A DNA stretch of 56,055 bases, taken from IMG/VR virus record IMGVR_UViG_3300030107_004870, positions 1 to 56,055 of that record. One strand, given 5' to 3'. Shown here piece after piece: positions 7,205-18,075 of this stretch (the first letter of the stretch is position 1; each line of letters starts with the position of its first letter). Both the position numbers and the translations under genes were made by a program. The DNA comes from a virus. Its lineage: Duplodnaviria; Caudoviricetes. The notes beneath the pieces are model-generated. The model searched no databases. It was not told the origin of the DNA and saw only the letters and a list, made by a program, of their open reading frames with translations.

Positions 7205-9424
7205 TACATCCCGAATAGCTATTTCTCTGTCTTTTTCATTAGGCAAAATACTTGGCGACATTCTTTCTGTTGAATTTATTTCCGGAACATCAAAGATAGG
7301 CACATTAACTTGTGGTGCCATGTTTATTGATTGTTGATTTTCTAAAGCTTCTAGCTCTTCTCTGACCTCATTTTTAATTCGCTCATCTCGATAATTAACA
7401 TCATCATCATCACTTATATAATCAACTGCTTCATCAGCTCCTCTGATAAGCCCTTGTGCTTTTGTATAGCCATAAGTGTCAAAGACCTTTATAACATCTT
7501 CGATTGGCTGACCTGTAAGCAAGTAATCTGCTAATTTATTGTAATAAACCTCGTTTTGTCTCAACGCAATACTTTGTGCTATGTCATCACCCATGTTTAA
7601 AGTGACCACATTTCTTAAAAATCTTTGTATTGCAGTTCCTGCTTCTAAACCGCCTCTGAGTAATCCTTTTGGAACTTCGTTAGCTAACTCTACACCCATC
7701 GCAAAAAATGGTTGAGTAGGTGAACCACCTTTTTGTATAGAAAAAGCTTTGCCTAAATAATCATTTAGCTTATAAAACGAAGCAAATTCTTCAGGCTCTA
7801 ACATGACCTTCATAGCATCTTTTACATTTTTTTGTGAAAAGTGAGCCTGAAACCTTGGCAAGCCACCTTCTAATTGAGCTTCTTTACTAAACCTTGTAAG
7901 TTGTGATAATAAAAAATCTTTTTTTGCCAACTTATAAAGCTCTGGGTCTACTGCTTGTAAAATTCTTTTAGTGTTTCGTAAACTTCTTGCACTAACATTT
8001 GGGTCAAAAACATCTTTCAAAGCATTAGCAGCTTTTTTATCAGTCACAAACTTTGCATATTTACCTATTGCACTTTTGGCAACAAGTTGTAAAGCTGGTT
8101 TGTTAGGGTCATAAATTCTTCTTGCTAAGTTGTATAAAGGCTCTGTTTCATCCATAAGATGAGCTAAATCATCCATTATGCCAAACATAGCCGCACCATC
8201 TCCTGTGCCAGCCTTAGTTAATTTAGAAGCAAGCTTTCTCATTTCTGTTGTACGTCTTGCGTCTAAAGACATCAAATCATCAACTAACTTGCCATCTGCG
8301 TTATAAAACATTTTTTTAAACTTTTCGAAATTCTTAATAGTATCTGCTGATGGGCTTTTTACTGAACTCATAGCATCATCAATTTGTTTGACAATGTTTT
8401 CTATTCCATCGACTTTGATATAACCAGCATCTTTTAACTTGTTGTAAAATTTTCCTGCTCTAGTTTTTCTTCTTTTTGTAAGCTCTTCTACAACTTCGCC
8501 CATTTTGTTTGCTACAGCAGTTGGCGTATCACCAAAAACTTTACCAGAGCCACCTATTTTATCTGCAAATACTTCAATAGCTTCTTTTACCTGTGAAGCC
8601 CTATCAGCATAAAACTTACTAAACTTTTCAATAGTAGGTTGCTCTGCTAAAAATCTTTGTATTTTTCCTGCTCTGCTTCCTATTTCACCTGCTTCAGCAA
8701 CAGTCAAATCTATACCAAATTGTTTTTTTGCGTCTTGAATAATTTTATCTACGTCACCTTTAAGTTTTGTTAAATAAGTTAAAGAGTCTTCTTTGCCTCG
8801 AAACTTATTTATCAAGCCTCTGGTAGCTCCTTGACCAAAAGGTATAGCACCAAAGAGAGACGATACTTCTAAATCATCCATCATAGCTGATAGCTCTTCT
8901 GGAGGTGTGTTGTAAAACGTATTAATTAAACCTTCTCTACCAAGTCTTGCAGTGCCGCCAGATAAAAATGTACCAATAAGACCACCTAAACCTGTAGTCA
9001 CAAGAGTAGCTCCACCCTTAACAATAGGATTAGGTATAGGCAAATTTTGACCAATTTGAAAACCTTTTTTTGCTCCATACATACCACCACCTACATCAGC
9101 TGCAAACGTAGCAGCAGGAACTAAATTAGGAGCTACAGTGCCTTTAAAAAAACCGACCACATCGTTATCAGGAAATTCTTTTTGGAATTTACCATAATCA
9201 TCCATGTAAAACAAAGTTCCATCCTGATTGAAATATCTATCGGTTGGTTTATCTTCGTTTGGAAATCTTTGATTAGCTAAAAATTGAACTCTGGTTTCGT
9301 CATCAAAAAAAAGATTGCTTCTAATTTTTCTTAATGTGTAGTCATCAGTTTCTCTATCATAAGCTTCTTTTTGAGCTCCCAAAACTTCAGCTTCTTTTTG
9401 CAACTCATCTAAAGTCATAGACAT
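7178..9424 (-). CDS. Putative internal virion/ejection protein
   Basis: Large helical protein with Gly-rich hydrophobic segments, last gene of virion module; ends GIGSLV. Confidence 0.65.
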   Translation of the reverse strand: MSMTLDELQKEAEVLGAQKEAYDRETDDYTLRKIRSNLFFDDETRVQFLANQRFPNEDKPTDRYFNQDGTLFYMDDYGKFQKEFPDNDVVGFFKGTVAPNLVPAATFAADVGGGMYGAKKGFQIGQNLPIPNPIVKGGATLVTTGLGGLIGTFLSGGTARLGREGLINTFYNTPPEELSAMMDDLEVSSLFGAIPFGQGATRGLINKFRGKEDSLTYLTKLKGDVDKIIQDAKKQFGIDLTVAEAGEIGSRAGKIQRFLAEQPTIEKFSKFYADRASQVKEAIEVFADKIGGSGKVFGDTPTAVANKMGEVVEELTKRRKTRAGKFYNKLKDAGYIKVDGIENIVKQIDDAMSSVKSPSADTIKNFEKFKKMFYNADGKLVDDLMSLDARRTTEMRKLASKLTKAGTGDGAAMFGIMDDLAHLMDETEPLYNLARRIYDPNKPALQLVAKSAIGKYAKFVTDKKAANALKDVFDPNVSARSLRNTKRILQAVDPELYKLAKKDFLLSQLTRFSKEAQLEGGLPRFQAHFSQKNVKDAMKVMLEPEEFASFYKLNDYLGKAFSIQKGGSPTQPFFAMGVELANEVPKGLLRGGLEAGTAIQRFLRNVVTLNMGDDIAQSIALRQNEVYYNKLADYLLTGQPIEDVIKVFDTYGYTKAQGLIRGADEAVDYISDDDDVNYRDERIKNEVREELEALENQQSINMAPQVNVPIFDVPEINSTERMSPSILPNEKDREIAIRDVSQGIGSLV

Positions 9425-9430
9425 TTTTAA

Positions 9431-10861
9431 TTAATCCTCTTTTAACTTTTTTTTAAGTTTTTCTTCAATTATTCGCCTTGCTATTTCCTTGGTTGTTTCA
9501 TCTTTATCTTCGTTGCCATCTGAAAGCCATTTTTGATAAAGCTCTTCTCCTTTTTGAGTAAAAATGTCTGTGTTTCTTGGCTCTGCATTACCGCCTTTTG
9601 CAGCTTCTGCTCTTTTTTTATCTTCTATTTCTTTTTTGTAAGCATCTATGTCAAAGCCTTCGGCTAAAGCATCTTTATTAGCAATAGCATCGTCTATAAT
9701 TTTTTTGTCATTTTCATCAAACAATGGAAAGTTTTTTTGAAAATTTAATTCAAACTCTGCCATTAAAGCAGATATTTCAGTTGACTGTTTACCTTCTTTA
9801 TTTAACTTATCTAATTCTTTCATGTATTCTGTATAGAACTGTGCGTCTCTTCTAGCTAATTTATCTAAAAGCCTAAGTTGTTCTATAAAACCATCGTAAG
9901 TTGAACCAAGTGTAGGAGCTGCTTGAATGAATAATTCCATCTCTTTGTTAGATATAGCTCCTTTGGTTTGTGAAACAATACCCATAGTAAAGTTCATAGA
10001 AAGTTGATTTAAGGCTGTTTTCATTCCTAAATCAGTTGGGTCAATGTTAAAAAGTTCGCCAAGACCTAACTCTGTAGCAAATTGTCTCATACCCAAAAAA
10101 GCTCTTTGTGTAGGTCCAAAATTTTCTGGTCCAAGTTTATCCGCCAAATAATTTGCATAATCTACTTGTTCTATTGTTGCTTTTGCTGCTATTGCTTTTT
10201 CACTATAAGCTTCAACATTCTTTCCTATGTTTTTAATTATTTCTTCATCAATCGGAGTGACCCCACCTATCTCTTGTCTGATTTGTATAGGCTTAACTTC
10301 TTTTCCTTGAAAGTTTGAAATCAAATTATTTATTTCTTCTGCGTTTGCGTTTGTGTCAGCAAGTCTTGTGGTTTGTTTATTGCCATCTGCATCAATATAT
10401 TCAATCGTGACATAATCTAATTTTTTATTAGCATTTTCAATTACTTTCATGTTGTAATCGTTAAGATACTTTTCTGCTAATCTTTCATCTTCCATAGCTA
10501 ATTCCATAGCTTTCATAGCCACTTGTTGTCTTTCTTGTCTTGCTGTTTCTTCTCTGCGTCTTGACTCGTCTACTATATTGTTGAAACCAGCAGCTAATCC
10601 GGTAAATGCAGAAGCACCTCCGGTGTTAGGAGTTTGCAATAAACCTTTGCCTAATTGTGATGCAGCCTCATAAATATCCATTGGCTGTTGAGGCTCTATC
10701 ATTCCGCCTAAGCGGTCTTCATACTTAGCTTTATTGGTATCGAAATCTTGTTTTTGTTGAATTAATCTTGCTAATTCTTGTAAACCAATATCAGTAGAGT
10801 TAGGTGCTCCACCCTCTTTGTAAAACATTTGCTGAGGTATGTTTTCTCTGCTTATCGTCAT
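9431..10861 (-). CDS. Putative ejection (DNA transfer) protein
   Basis: Coiled-coil; KGAISNKEM motif typical of podovirus DNA-transfer proteins; N-term MTISR..YKEGG. Confidence 0.65.
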   Translation of the reverse strand: MTISRENIPQQMFYKEGGAPNSTDIGLQELARLIQQKQDFDTNKAKYEDRLGGMIEPQQPMDIYEAASQLGKGLLQTPNTGGASAFTGLAAGFNNIVDESRRREETARQERQQVAMKAMELAMEDERLAEKYLNDYNMKVIENANKKLDYVTIEYIDADGNKQTTRLADTNANAEEINNLISNFQGKEVKPIQIRQEIGGVTPIDEEIIKNIGKNVEAYSEKAIAAKATIEQVDYANYLADKLGPENFGPTQRAFLGMRQFATELGLGELFNIDPTDLGMKTALNQLSMNFTMGIVSQTKGAISNKEMELFIQAAPTLGSTYDGFIEQLRLLDKLARRDAQFYTEYMKELDKLNKEGKQSTEISALMAEFELNFQKNFPLFDENDKKIIDDAIANKDALAEGFDIDAYKKEIEDKKRAEAAKGGNAEPRNTDIFTQKGEELYQKWLSDGNEDKDETTKEIARRIIEEKLKKKLKED

Positions 10862-12042
10862 ATTCCAAAAATAGGTCCGGGTAATAAATTCAAGTCTAAA
10901 TTAGTGCTTGAAGGATTAAAAGTTGCATTGCTGCTTGGAGCTTGCTGTCCAAAAATAGGTCCTACTGCTGTGTTTGGATTAAAAGGCGTAAACATGTTTG
11001 TAGGCGTTGGACTGCCAAAAGTTGATGGAACAAAAGCTGGGCTTGTACTAAGAGCTGGATTATTAAAATCTACATTATAATTTGAAGCCACAGCTGGATA
11101 ACTTTGAGTTTGAGGAGTTTGAGTTTGAGTGCGAGAGCCATAGTTATAATTTGTTTGAGCACCGGGCTTTAACAAGCTACCAATACCTCCAAAAGCACTA
11201 AGTCCGGTGCCAAGAGCCGCTTGCAAAGCACTTGGTTTAGGAGCAAAGCCTGTTGTTGTTTGTGTTCTTGAAGTTGGCACAGTCTGTATAAAAGGCAACA
11301 ACGATTGATACTGCATCAAAGGAGTTTGTTGTCTTTGCAACGCATTCCTTCTTTGAGCATCTAAAACATTTTGTGCTTGTTGCTGTTGTACTAATCCAGA
11401 AGTTAAACCATATTGACCTAAATTCATTAAACTACCAACACCAAATCTTTTAGCCTCTTGTTGTCTAGCAAAATCTTGCATGCCTAATCTTTGAGCTTCG
11501 CCAAAACCTCTGCTTCTAATTCCGCTAATTGCTTTGCCCAAACCTCGACCTATGGCTTCTGCTCTATCAACGCCACCGAGCCTAGCTCTTGAGCCAAAAG
11601 CAGCTAATCCGCCTCTGCCAATATCTCTAGCTCTTGCACGAATATCAGCTAAGTCGCCTTGTTCTAAAATATCGCTTATGGTTTGCTGTACTACAGCATC
11701 TTCATAAGGGTCCATAAATTGTTGAGTTCTTCCTTGGTCGTAAGCTCCATAAGTATCTCTTAATAAACCTAACGACTCTAAGCCTCTGTCAGAAGCAGCT
11801 AATTGTTCTGGAGTTAGTTCTGCGACTTGCTCATCAATTACTACAGGCTTGCCTTCTTCATCATAAAAAGTTCTTTCTGCGGCTCGCATAACACCGGGTA
11901 TAAATCCACCTCTACCGCCCAAACCAAAAAATAATTGTTTGCTTACAGGGTCAAGCTCTCCGGTTAATCTACTAATACCAGATATGTAGGGCATAGGTGC
12001 TCCACCGGCTTGCATTTTTATAGGATTAAATTGGCTGGGCAT
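10858..12042 (-). CDS. Putative ejection/pilot protein
   Basis: FMDPYEDAVV and GLAAFGSRA motifs, Gln/Gly-rich, in ejection cluster. Confidence 0.65.
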   Translation of the reverse strand: MPSQFNPIKMQAGGAPMPYISGISRLTGELDPVSKQLFFGLGGRGGFIPGVMRAAERTFYDEEGKPVVIDEQVAELTPEQLAASDRGLESLGLLRDTYGAYDQGRTQQFMDPYEDAVVQQTISDILEQGDLADIRARARDIGRGGLAAFGSRARLGGVDRAEAIGRGLGKAISGIRSRGFGEAQRLGMQDFARQQEAKRFGVGSLMNLGQYGLTSGLVQQQQAQNVLDAQRRNALQRQQTPLMQYQSLLPFIQTVPTSRTQTTTGFAPKPSALQAALGTGLSAFGGIGSLLKPGAQTNYNYGSRTQTQTPQTQSYPAVASNYNVDFNNPALSTSPAFVPSTFGSPTPTNMFTPFNPNTAVGPIFGQQAPSSNATFNPSSTNLDLNLLPGPIFGI

Positions 12043-13705
12043 AATTACTAAACTCGCTCATCATTTGATACATTAAATCTGTACCTCGTTCTCTGTCTTC
12101 TTCTAAAGAAGGTACCAAAGTAATTATTCCGCCTTCGTCTTTTTTCATATCAAAAGCTCCAGCTCCTCTTACGCTTTGACCTGTCATTACAAATTCGCCA
12201 TCACTTAACATAGCAGGAATATTGTCACTTGTTTCTGTGCCTTCTCCATTAATGTCTCCAGACATTCTTTCAAAATCTTCTAAGGCTACATCTCCGCCTT
12301 CGGCAAAAGCCATTACAGGACCGCCATAAGCTTTTCTTTCAATAGGAGCTCCACCAGATAATTCTGGCAACTCAGGTAATAAACCAAACTCAACAGGATT
12401 AGGTTGTTCTTTGCCCATTCTCCTAGCTATCTCTGCTTCTATATTGTATCTGCCCAATGAATCAAATTGAGTTAGTGGAGTCATTGGTACTCCATAATCT
12501 TTTTTGGTTTCATCGTAAGCTTTTTTAGCAAGGAATGCAGCAGGTAAACCAGCAGCCAAAAGACCGCCAATACCAAGTCCGCCACCTAAGCCTCCACCTA
12601 AACCGCCTTGTTGTCCACCGCCCATTAGACTTCCTAGACCGCCACCGCCACCGCCTAATCCTAAAAGACTGCCTAGACCGCCACCGCCACCGCCTAAACT
12701 TCCAAGACCTTTCATAGCACCAGAAATTTTTGCTCCAGCACCTTTAAGAGCTGGCAACAAACCGCCAGAGCCTTTAATAGCAGAAGCTGTAAGACCTAAT
12801 TTACCTAAAGCAGAACCAGCACCAAAACCGCTTAGTGCACCGAGAGCAGCTCCTTTTAATCCTTTACCGGCTAATAAATTTCCGCCAGCACCAACCAAAG
12901 CTGGAAGTAATCCTACTGATAAGCCACCTGTAAATGGAGCTGCTATTAGTCCTGCATAAGGTGCTACTTTCTTAACAACCTTTTTTATGCTTTTAAACAA
13001 ACCAAATTCTTCTAATCCTGTGTTCGGGTTTAAAGATGCAATTCCGACACCAGCAATACGACTTGCTGGGTCTACGCCAGCCATTGTCATTCTTTCTTCT
13101 AAAATGTCAGCTAATATTGGGTCATTCTCTAAAACATCTGGAGGAATTACAACGTCTCCGGGTTCTAAATGTGCAAGCTCAGTGTCTGGACCTCTTCCCA
13201 TTTGGGATAAAGCTTCCGCTTCTGGCATTACCATTACTTCGTCAAATTCTGTGCCGGTTGCATCGTACATTGGCTCTAAGCCAAGTCTTTGTCTCAAGTC
13301 CATTAAATCTAAACCGCCTTCACCTTCAAACTGATAGTCTCTGCCATCAATATCTACATCATAATTTCTTCTTTCTCTATCTAATTTTCTCGATAACTCC
13401 ATGCCTTCAATATCTCTTGGAGACATTCTTTCTGCTGGGCTTGCTAAAGAGCCTCCTAATGCCTCAATTTGTTCCATGAGTTGCATAGCTCCCACTCTAT
13501 CTGTATCAGGATTTTCTCGTCTTATATCTGGCAAGAGTTTCATTCCTTCTTGCCTTGGAGGTATGAGCCCATCACGTCTAATGTCTGGCATAAGTTGCAT
13601 TCCTTTGTCTGAGGCTATATAAGGCGGTTCTCTACGAATAGGTTGATTAACTTTACCAACACTTTCGGCAAAATTTTCTATTCTTTGTCTTAATCTTTCG
13701 TTCAT
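12026..13705 (-). CDS. Putative ejection protein, Gly-rich
   Basis: GRGPDTELAH..NPNTGLEEF and GEGTETSDNIPAMLSDGEFV motifs; Gly-rich repeats. Confidence 0.65.
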   Translation of the reverse strand: MNERLRQRIENFAESVGKVNQPIRREPPYIASDKGMQLMPDIRRDGLIPPRQEGMKLLPDIRRENPDTDRVGAMQLMEQIEALGGSLASPAERMSPRDIEGMELSRKLDRERRNYDVDIDGRDYQFEGEGGLDLMDLRQRLGLEPMYDATGTEFDEVMVMPEAEALSQMGRGPDTELAHLEPGDVVIPPDVLENDPILADILEERMTMAGVDPASRIAGVGIASLNPNTGLEEFGLFKSIKKVVKKVAPYAGLIAAPFTGGLSVGLLPALVGAGGNLLAGKGLKGAALGALSGFGAGSALGKLGLTASAIKGSGGLLPALKGAGAKISGAMKGLGSLGGGGGGLGSLLGLGGGGGGLGSLMGGGQQGGLGGGLGGGLGIGGLLAAGLPAAFLAKKAYDETKKDYGVPMTPLTQFDSLGRYNIEAEIARRMGKEQPNPVEFGLLPELPELSGGAPIERKAYGGPVMAFAEGGDVALEDFERMSGDINGEGTETSDNIPAMLSDGEFVMTGQSVRGAGAFDMKKDEGGIITLVPSLEEDRERGTDLMYQMMSEFSNYAQPI

Positions 13706-13709
13706 GTCA

Positions 13710-14018
13710 TTAACTTGTAGTGACGCTTACTGCACCTAAGCTTATTGTACCACTAATTCCAGAAGTTAAAGCTTCAGATGAGTATAAATTTCTTAGTCTA
13801 GTGCCATCAAAAGCTTGATGTATTGCGTTTGTAGTATTAAAAATTATTGCTCCTGTAGCAAAATTTAAAACCTCAACCTCTGCTTGTGTAAAAGATGGTA
13901 TTTTTTCTGGGTCTACAGCAGATAAGTTTATTTCTAAAATTCTTACCAATCTGTTAAATAATTCTGGAGTGACTTCATTAGCTGCTATAGGCAAATTGGT
14001 TTCTAATATTTTAGACAT
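13710..14018 (-). CDS. Small virion protein
   Basis: Coupled to nozzle gene; GAIIFNTT motif. Confidence 0.6.
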   Translation of the reverse strand: MSKILETNLPIAANEVTPELFNRLVRILEINLSAVDPEKIPSFTQAEVEVLNFATGAIIFNTTNAIHQAFDGTRLRNLYSSEALTSGISGTISLGAVSVTTS

Positions 14019-15928
14019 TACCTACGCCCTGATGGGTTTACATCTAATCTTGTAGCTCCTAATCTCCATTTAAAATCTTTTTGTCTTGCTGTTGGCGACA
14101 AATCATCGTCAGACTCAAAACGTAAAACAAATTGTCTACCTCTTGTTCTGACATCATTTCTTGATGTTGTGTTCTCTATTTGAGAAGTAGAGTCAGTAGT
14201 AAGACTGTCGCCCGGACTATTTCTTTTTTTCAAAACAACATTAATTGCAGGATTAGGAGATGTGCCTAAATCTGATAAAAAGTTTATGTCTGGAATAATT
14301 TTTTTTATAAAAGCAAATTGTTCGCCATCGGCTACATCAAAATCTCCGGACTCAATAAAAACATTTGACATTGGGCTTTCATCATCGTTTGAACCGCTTT
14401 CATGGTCATACAAAAAATTATTAGAGCTTACTATGCCAGAAGCTATAGGATTAGAATTATCGTAATCATCTAACCAAGCGTATCTTGTTAGAGAGCCAAG
14501 GCTCCAAACATTTTCTTCGTAGTTATAAATAACATATTTAGAAATTTCTCCACTGCCTTCTGAGAGCGATGGATAAAAAAACCACACTTCTGAAAATTGA
14601 GCGTTCAATCCGGCATAACATTTATAGGCTTGAGACACATCTAAGTCATCAAAAACATGGTTTTGTAATGTACAAGGTATTTTGTTTACCACACCATTGT
14701 AAATGTAAAACCCAGATTGACTCATAAAAAACACGCCACCACTAGAATTTACAAAACCTTTTGGAGAAATTAAACCAACACCTTCGTTGATTAAATTCAA
14801 TGAGAAAGTAAGAGGTGGACCAATAAACTGCATACTATAAATAGCTGTGTCTGTCCAAATGACAACTTCTTGTCTAGTTTTTGTACCAGCAATAATTTCA
14901 GAACCACTTGAAAGCCTTAAACTTCCAGCTGTATTAGTAGTTTTTGGTTCAAACTCTAATAAATTTTCTTGGTCAGAAAAAGCAATGAACATGGCATCTG
15001 CTTGACCTGTTCTTGCTGTGCCAGCATCGTTTAAAGTGTCAGCTCCCAAAACAATTAAGTGTCTATCAGTTTCAGAAGTTAAAACTTGTAAACCTTTAGT
15101 AGGAACTAAATTTGCACCAGAAGTAGTTGATAAATCTACAGCTCTAGCATTTAAACCATCTGACTCAACCCATCTGTATATGCTTCCAGCTCTAGGATTT
15201 ATAATTAAGTCTTCGCCATAGTTGTCATGTGACCAAAGCCTTAATTGATTACTTGCTGATAAAGAAGAGGTGCTACCAAAAGTTCCTTCTCCCCAGCCAT
15301 TTACACTCCAACCTGTTCCAGACAAAAAAGTATCTGTGCCAATATTTAATTGATACTTTCCAACTACACTTGAGCCGCCATTGCCAGAGTCGTTTGCATT
15401 TGCTGTGACTGTAGAGCCGCTGGTATCTTTAGCTGTAATAGTGTATGAATTAACAGAAGCAATAGTTGCTATTTCATATTCTTGATTTAAAACAGCAGCG
15501 GTAATATTTCCGCTTCCACCTAAAGCGGCAGCTCCGCTAAAAGTCACAAAATCTCCTGCGGCAGCACCATGATTTGTGTCTGTCACAGTTAAAGTCGAAG
15601 AGCCATTACTTGCCGCAAAAGTGACATCTCCCGCAGCTGTTGTTAGCCTTAAAGGAGTAATATCGTTGTAAGCATTTCCTTCTTTTATATAATATTTTGT
15701 TGTAGTGCCAATACCTAAATATTTAGTACCTTCAACAGAAGTCCATGCAATTAAAGCTCTAGCTTTTCCCAAAAAACTATTTGCTGAGTTTTTAATCCAG
15801 CCGCCTATTTTTTCTACTTTGTTTTTTCTAAACCTTATAAAATTACCATCAACCCAGCCGCTTTCGTTAGAAAGTTCTGTTTCTTCTTTGTTGATACCAG
15901 CTTTAAAATTGAATTTTGTAAGAGCCAT
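14018..15928 (-). CDS. Tail nozzle/head-stabilisation protein (tail tubular B/P22 gp10-like position)
   Basis: Beta-rich 636 aa with WSHDNYGEDL, FSDQE, EVWFFYPS motifs; position before ejection genes. Confidence 0.7.
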   Translation of the reverse strand: MALTKFNFKAGINKEETELSNESGWVDGNFIRFRKNKVEKIGGWIKNSANSFLGKARALIAWTSVEGTKYLGIGTTTKYYIKEGNAYNDITPLRLTTAAGDVTFAASNGSSTLTVTDTNHGAAAGDFVTFSGAAALGGSGNITAAVLNQEYEIATIASVNSYTITAKDTSGSTVTANANDSGNGGSSVVGKYQLNIGTDTFLSGTGWSVNGWGEGTFGSTSSLSASNQLRLWSHDNYGEDLIINPRAGSIYRWVESDGLNARAVDLSTTSGANLVPTKGLQVLTSETDRHLIVLGADTLNDAGTARTGQADAMFIAFSDQENLLEFEPKTTNTAGSLRLSSGSEIIAGTKTRQEVVIWTDTAIYSMQFIGPPLTFSLNLINEGVGLISPKGFVNSSGGVFFMSQSGFYIYNGVVNKIPCTLQNHVFDDLDVSQAYKCYAGLNAQFSEVWFFYPSLSEGSGEISKYVIYNYEENVWSLGSLTRYAWLDDYDNSNPIASGIVSSNNFLYDHESGSNDDESPMSNVFIESGDFDVADGEQFAFIKKIIPDINFLSDLGTSPNPAINVVLKKRNSPGDSLTTDSTSQIENTTSRNDVRTRGRQFVLRFESDDDLSPTARQKDFKWRLGATRLDVNPSGRR

Positions 15929-15974
15929 AAAAATAAACTTCTAAAATAAGAAGTTTAACACAATAACCTAAAAC

Positions 15975-16403
15975 TTAGGCTAGTCTAATTATTGCACCTG
16001 TCGCTGTAGGTGCAGGGAATACAACAGTAAAATCTCCAGCAGTTGATGTTTTATCTCCGCCAAAGTCTATTGCACAAACAGCTTTATCAGATTGAGTGTC
16101 GTTATAAATTAAACAACCTCTAGCTGTGACTGTAGCTGTTCCAAAAGTCAAATCTGCAAAATCACAAACTGCTGTAGTTCCTGACGTTGATGGAGTCACA
16201 CTAGTTAAAGCAGCTCCTCCAGCAGTATAATTTGTTCCGGAAGCTTGTCCTGTTGTCACATAGGCTGTTGTGCCAGCACCTAAAGTAGCACTACTTGTAT
16301 ATAAAGCTAATTTAAAACTATTACCAGAACTAGCAGTAAAATTATGAGTTCCGACTAAAAGCTCTTGTTTAAAACTTGTAGCTATTGCTGATGTTATTGC
16401 CAT
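15975..16403 (-). CDS. Virion structural (tail-associated) protein
   Basis: MAITSAIATSFKQELL..FKLALYT..ARGCLIYN; SD GGAG. Confidence 0.65.
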   Translation of the reverse strand: MAITSAIATSFKQELLVGTHNFTASSGNSFKLALYTSSATLGAGTTAYVTTGQASGTNYTAGGAALTSVTPSTSGTTAVCDFADLTFGTATVTARGCLIYNDTQSDKAVCAIDFGGDKTSTAGDFTVVFPAPTATGAIIRLA

Positions 16404-16404
16404 A

Positions 16405-16689
16405 TCAAAGCTCCTTAATAATTTTAGCCATGTCTTCATGACCTTGTTTTCTGAGTAAGTTTACCACAGTTGTTCTATCCGAAGATATACTGTTTTTTAT
16501 GGTCATAAGAATTACAGTATAAACATGATTGCGAAAAGCGTAAGCTTGTTGTTTTACATGCTCTGGAGCATTTTCAGAAATTTCACATATTTTTTTAGTT
16601 GCTTGCTCTGCCCAAAACTCCGGAGCATGACCACGATTTTGAGTTGTATGGACACTAATTTTTCCTAATTCAAAAAGAGAGTCTGACAT
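16405..16689 (-). CDS. Hypothetical protein
   Basis: ORF track; coupled in operon. Confidence 0.7.
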   Translation of the reverse strand: MSDSLFELGKISVHTTQNRGHAPEFWAEQATKKICEISENAPEHVKQQAYAFRNHVYTVILMTIKNSISSDRTTVVNLLRKQGHEDMAKIIKEL

Positions 16690-17408
16690 TATCCTTTATA
16701 AGGTTCTGGCGGTGTTTCTTCTTCTATGACAGCTATATTTTCTTTTTTTAAAACATCTCTTATTTTGCTATTAGGCTCTATTACCCATTGATTGTTATGC
16801 GGTACTGCAACTATCGGGTCAGCTAATCTATGATAGCCATAAAGTCTTTCTTTTAAAGGAACACTTGCATCAAGCAGAGAACTTCTTGGGCTAACACCAA
16901 TCATCATGCCGCCTTCCATTACTTTTGAGCACCAAAATTCTACACATGCTCTGCCAGCCTCTGCAAAGTGCATGTCGCCTTTATAAGAAAAATCTATACC
17001 ATACAATTCTAATGTGCCTACTTCATGATAGTAAGCAAAAGCAATGGCATAAGCCACTGTATTATTAAAATAAGCACTTTTTGTATAATTACAAACTGCT
17101 TCTATTGGATATAATTCAGCACTTGGAACTCTGTCGTCTAGTTCGCAAGTGTAAACAGGCACAGATAAATCAGGCAAAACTCTTCTCATTACATGAGTTT
17201 GCTTGCCTGCATCTTCGCTGTCTAAAAATCTACTTGGTGGGTCCATCATAAAAACTCTACTGCAATTAAACACACCGCAAGCAGAATTTATACCCCAAAC
17301 TTCATCCCATTCTTTGCTGTTTTCAGCACCGATTACAAAATCTATTTGTGATATACCAAGCCCTAGTAAGGCAACTCTTGCACCTTTTAAACTTTCAATT
17401 TTTTGCAT
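16689..17408 (-). CDS. Putative nucleotide-sugar transferase-like protein (DUF115/CstII-like motif pattern)
   Basis: VALLGLGISQ, WGINS, TVAYAIAFA, LYGIDF motif order. Confidence 0.45.
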   Translation of the reverse strand: MQKIESLKGARVALLGLGISQIDFVIGAENSKEWDEVWGINSACGVFNCSRVFMMDPPSRFLDSEDAGKQTHVMRRVLPDLSVPVYTCELDDRVPSAELYPIEAVCNYTKSAYFNNTVAYAIAFAYYHEVGTLELYGIDFSYKGDMHFAEAGRACVEFWCSKVMEGGMMIGVSPRSSLLDASVPLKERLYGYHRLADPIVAVPHNNQWVIEPNSKIRDVLKKENIAVIEEETPPEPYKG

Positions 17409-18055
17409 TAAGATACTCCAATCCGAAGACTGTCGTATCTGTATTCATCTTTAACTTTTCTACCTTCCGAAAGATTTTTCATTCTAGCAACAGCCTCTTT
17501 AAATCTCGTTTCAAATGTAGCAATAACATCTGGAGACTCTTTAAGGAATATTGCTCCTTCTGCAAGACAGCCGCTAAGTAAAGCGTCTGGATAATCTTTT
17601 GAAAGAGTTGTTTGTCCACTATCACTACCATCTGCCAACGAATTTGGTTTAAATAAGTAGTGTAATTCTATACTAAAGTTTGCATTTGGAACAGGCGTAA
17701 TCGTAAAAGACTCGTCTGAAAAAATAGCATAATATTTTGGTGTGCCTGTCACTGTAGTGTCTGGAGAATATTCTTTTAAAAAAGAAGCATGTTTAAAATC
17801 TAAGTATGTATAAACATTACTTGAAATTATAGCCAAACTCATAGGTGCAAAAAAATCACTAGGCGTAGCTAAAAACCTACTTCCAGAAGATAAAGTTCCT
17901 GTGACATTTTTTCTTTGTTCCGGGAGCTGTACAAATTCAAAAATTCTATCTTCTGCTGATTTAATAATGTTATCTAAATTATTTACAAAAGTAGTTTCGC
18001 TTGACTCTAAATAATCTTGTATTGCTGTTTTTAATGTTGCCTTAGTGAAACTCAT
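17408..18055 (-). CDS. Head-tail adaptor-like virion protein
   Basis: GTPKYYA, PVPN, YPDALL motifs; position in virion module. Confidence 0.65.
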   Translation of the reverse strand: MSFTKATLKTAIQDYLESSETTFVNNLDNIIKSAEDRIFEFVQLPEQRKNVTGTLSSGSRFLATPSDFFAPMSLAIISSNVYTYLDFKHASFLKEYSPDTTVTGTPKYYAIFSDESFTITPVPNANFSIELHYLFKPNSLADGSDSGQTTLSKDYPDALLSGCLAEGAIFLKESPDVIATFETRFKEAVARMKNLSEGRKVKDEYRYDSLRIGVS

Positions 18056-18075
18056 AATAAAGATTATACAACAGT

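Noticed and set aside
12633-12697. Gly-codon direct repeats in the 559-aa gene
   Set aside because: Ordinary slippage in a Gly-rich linker
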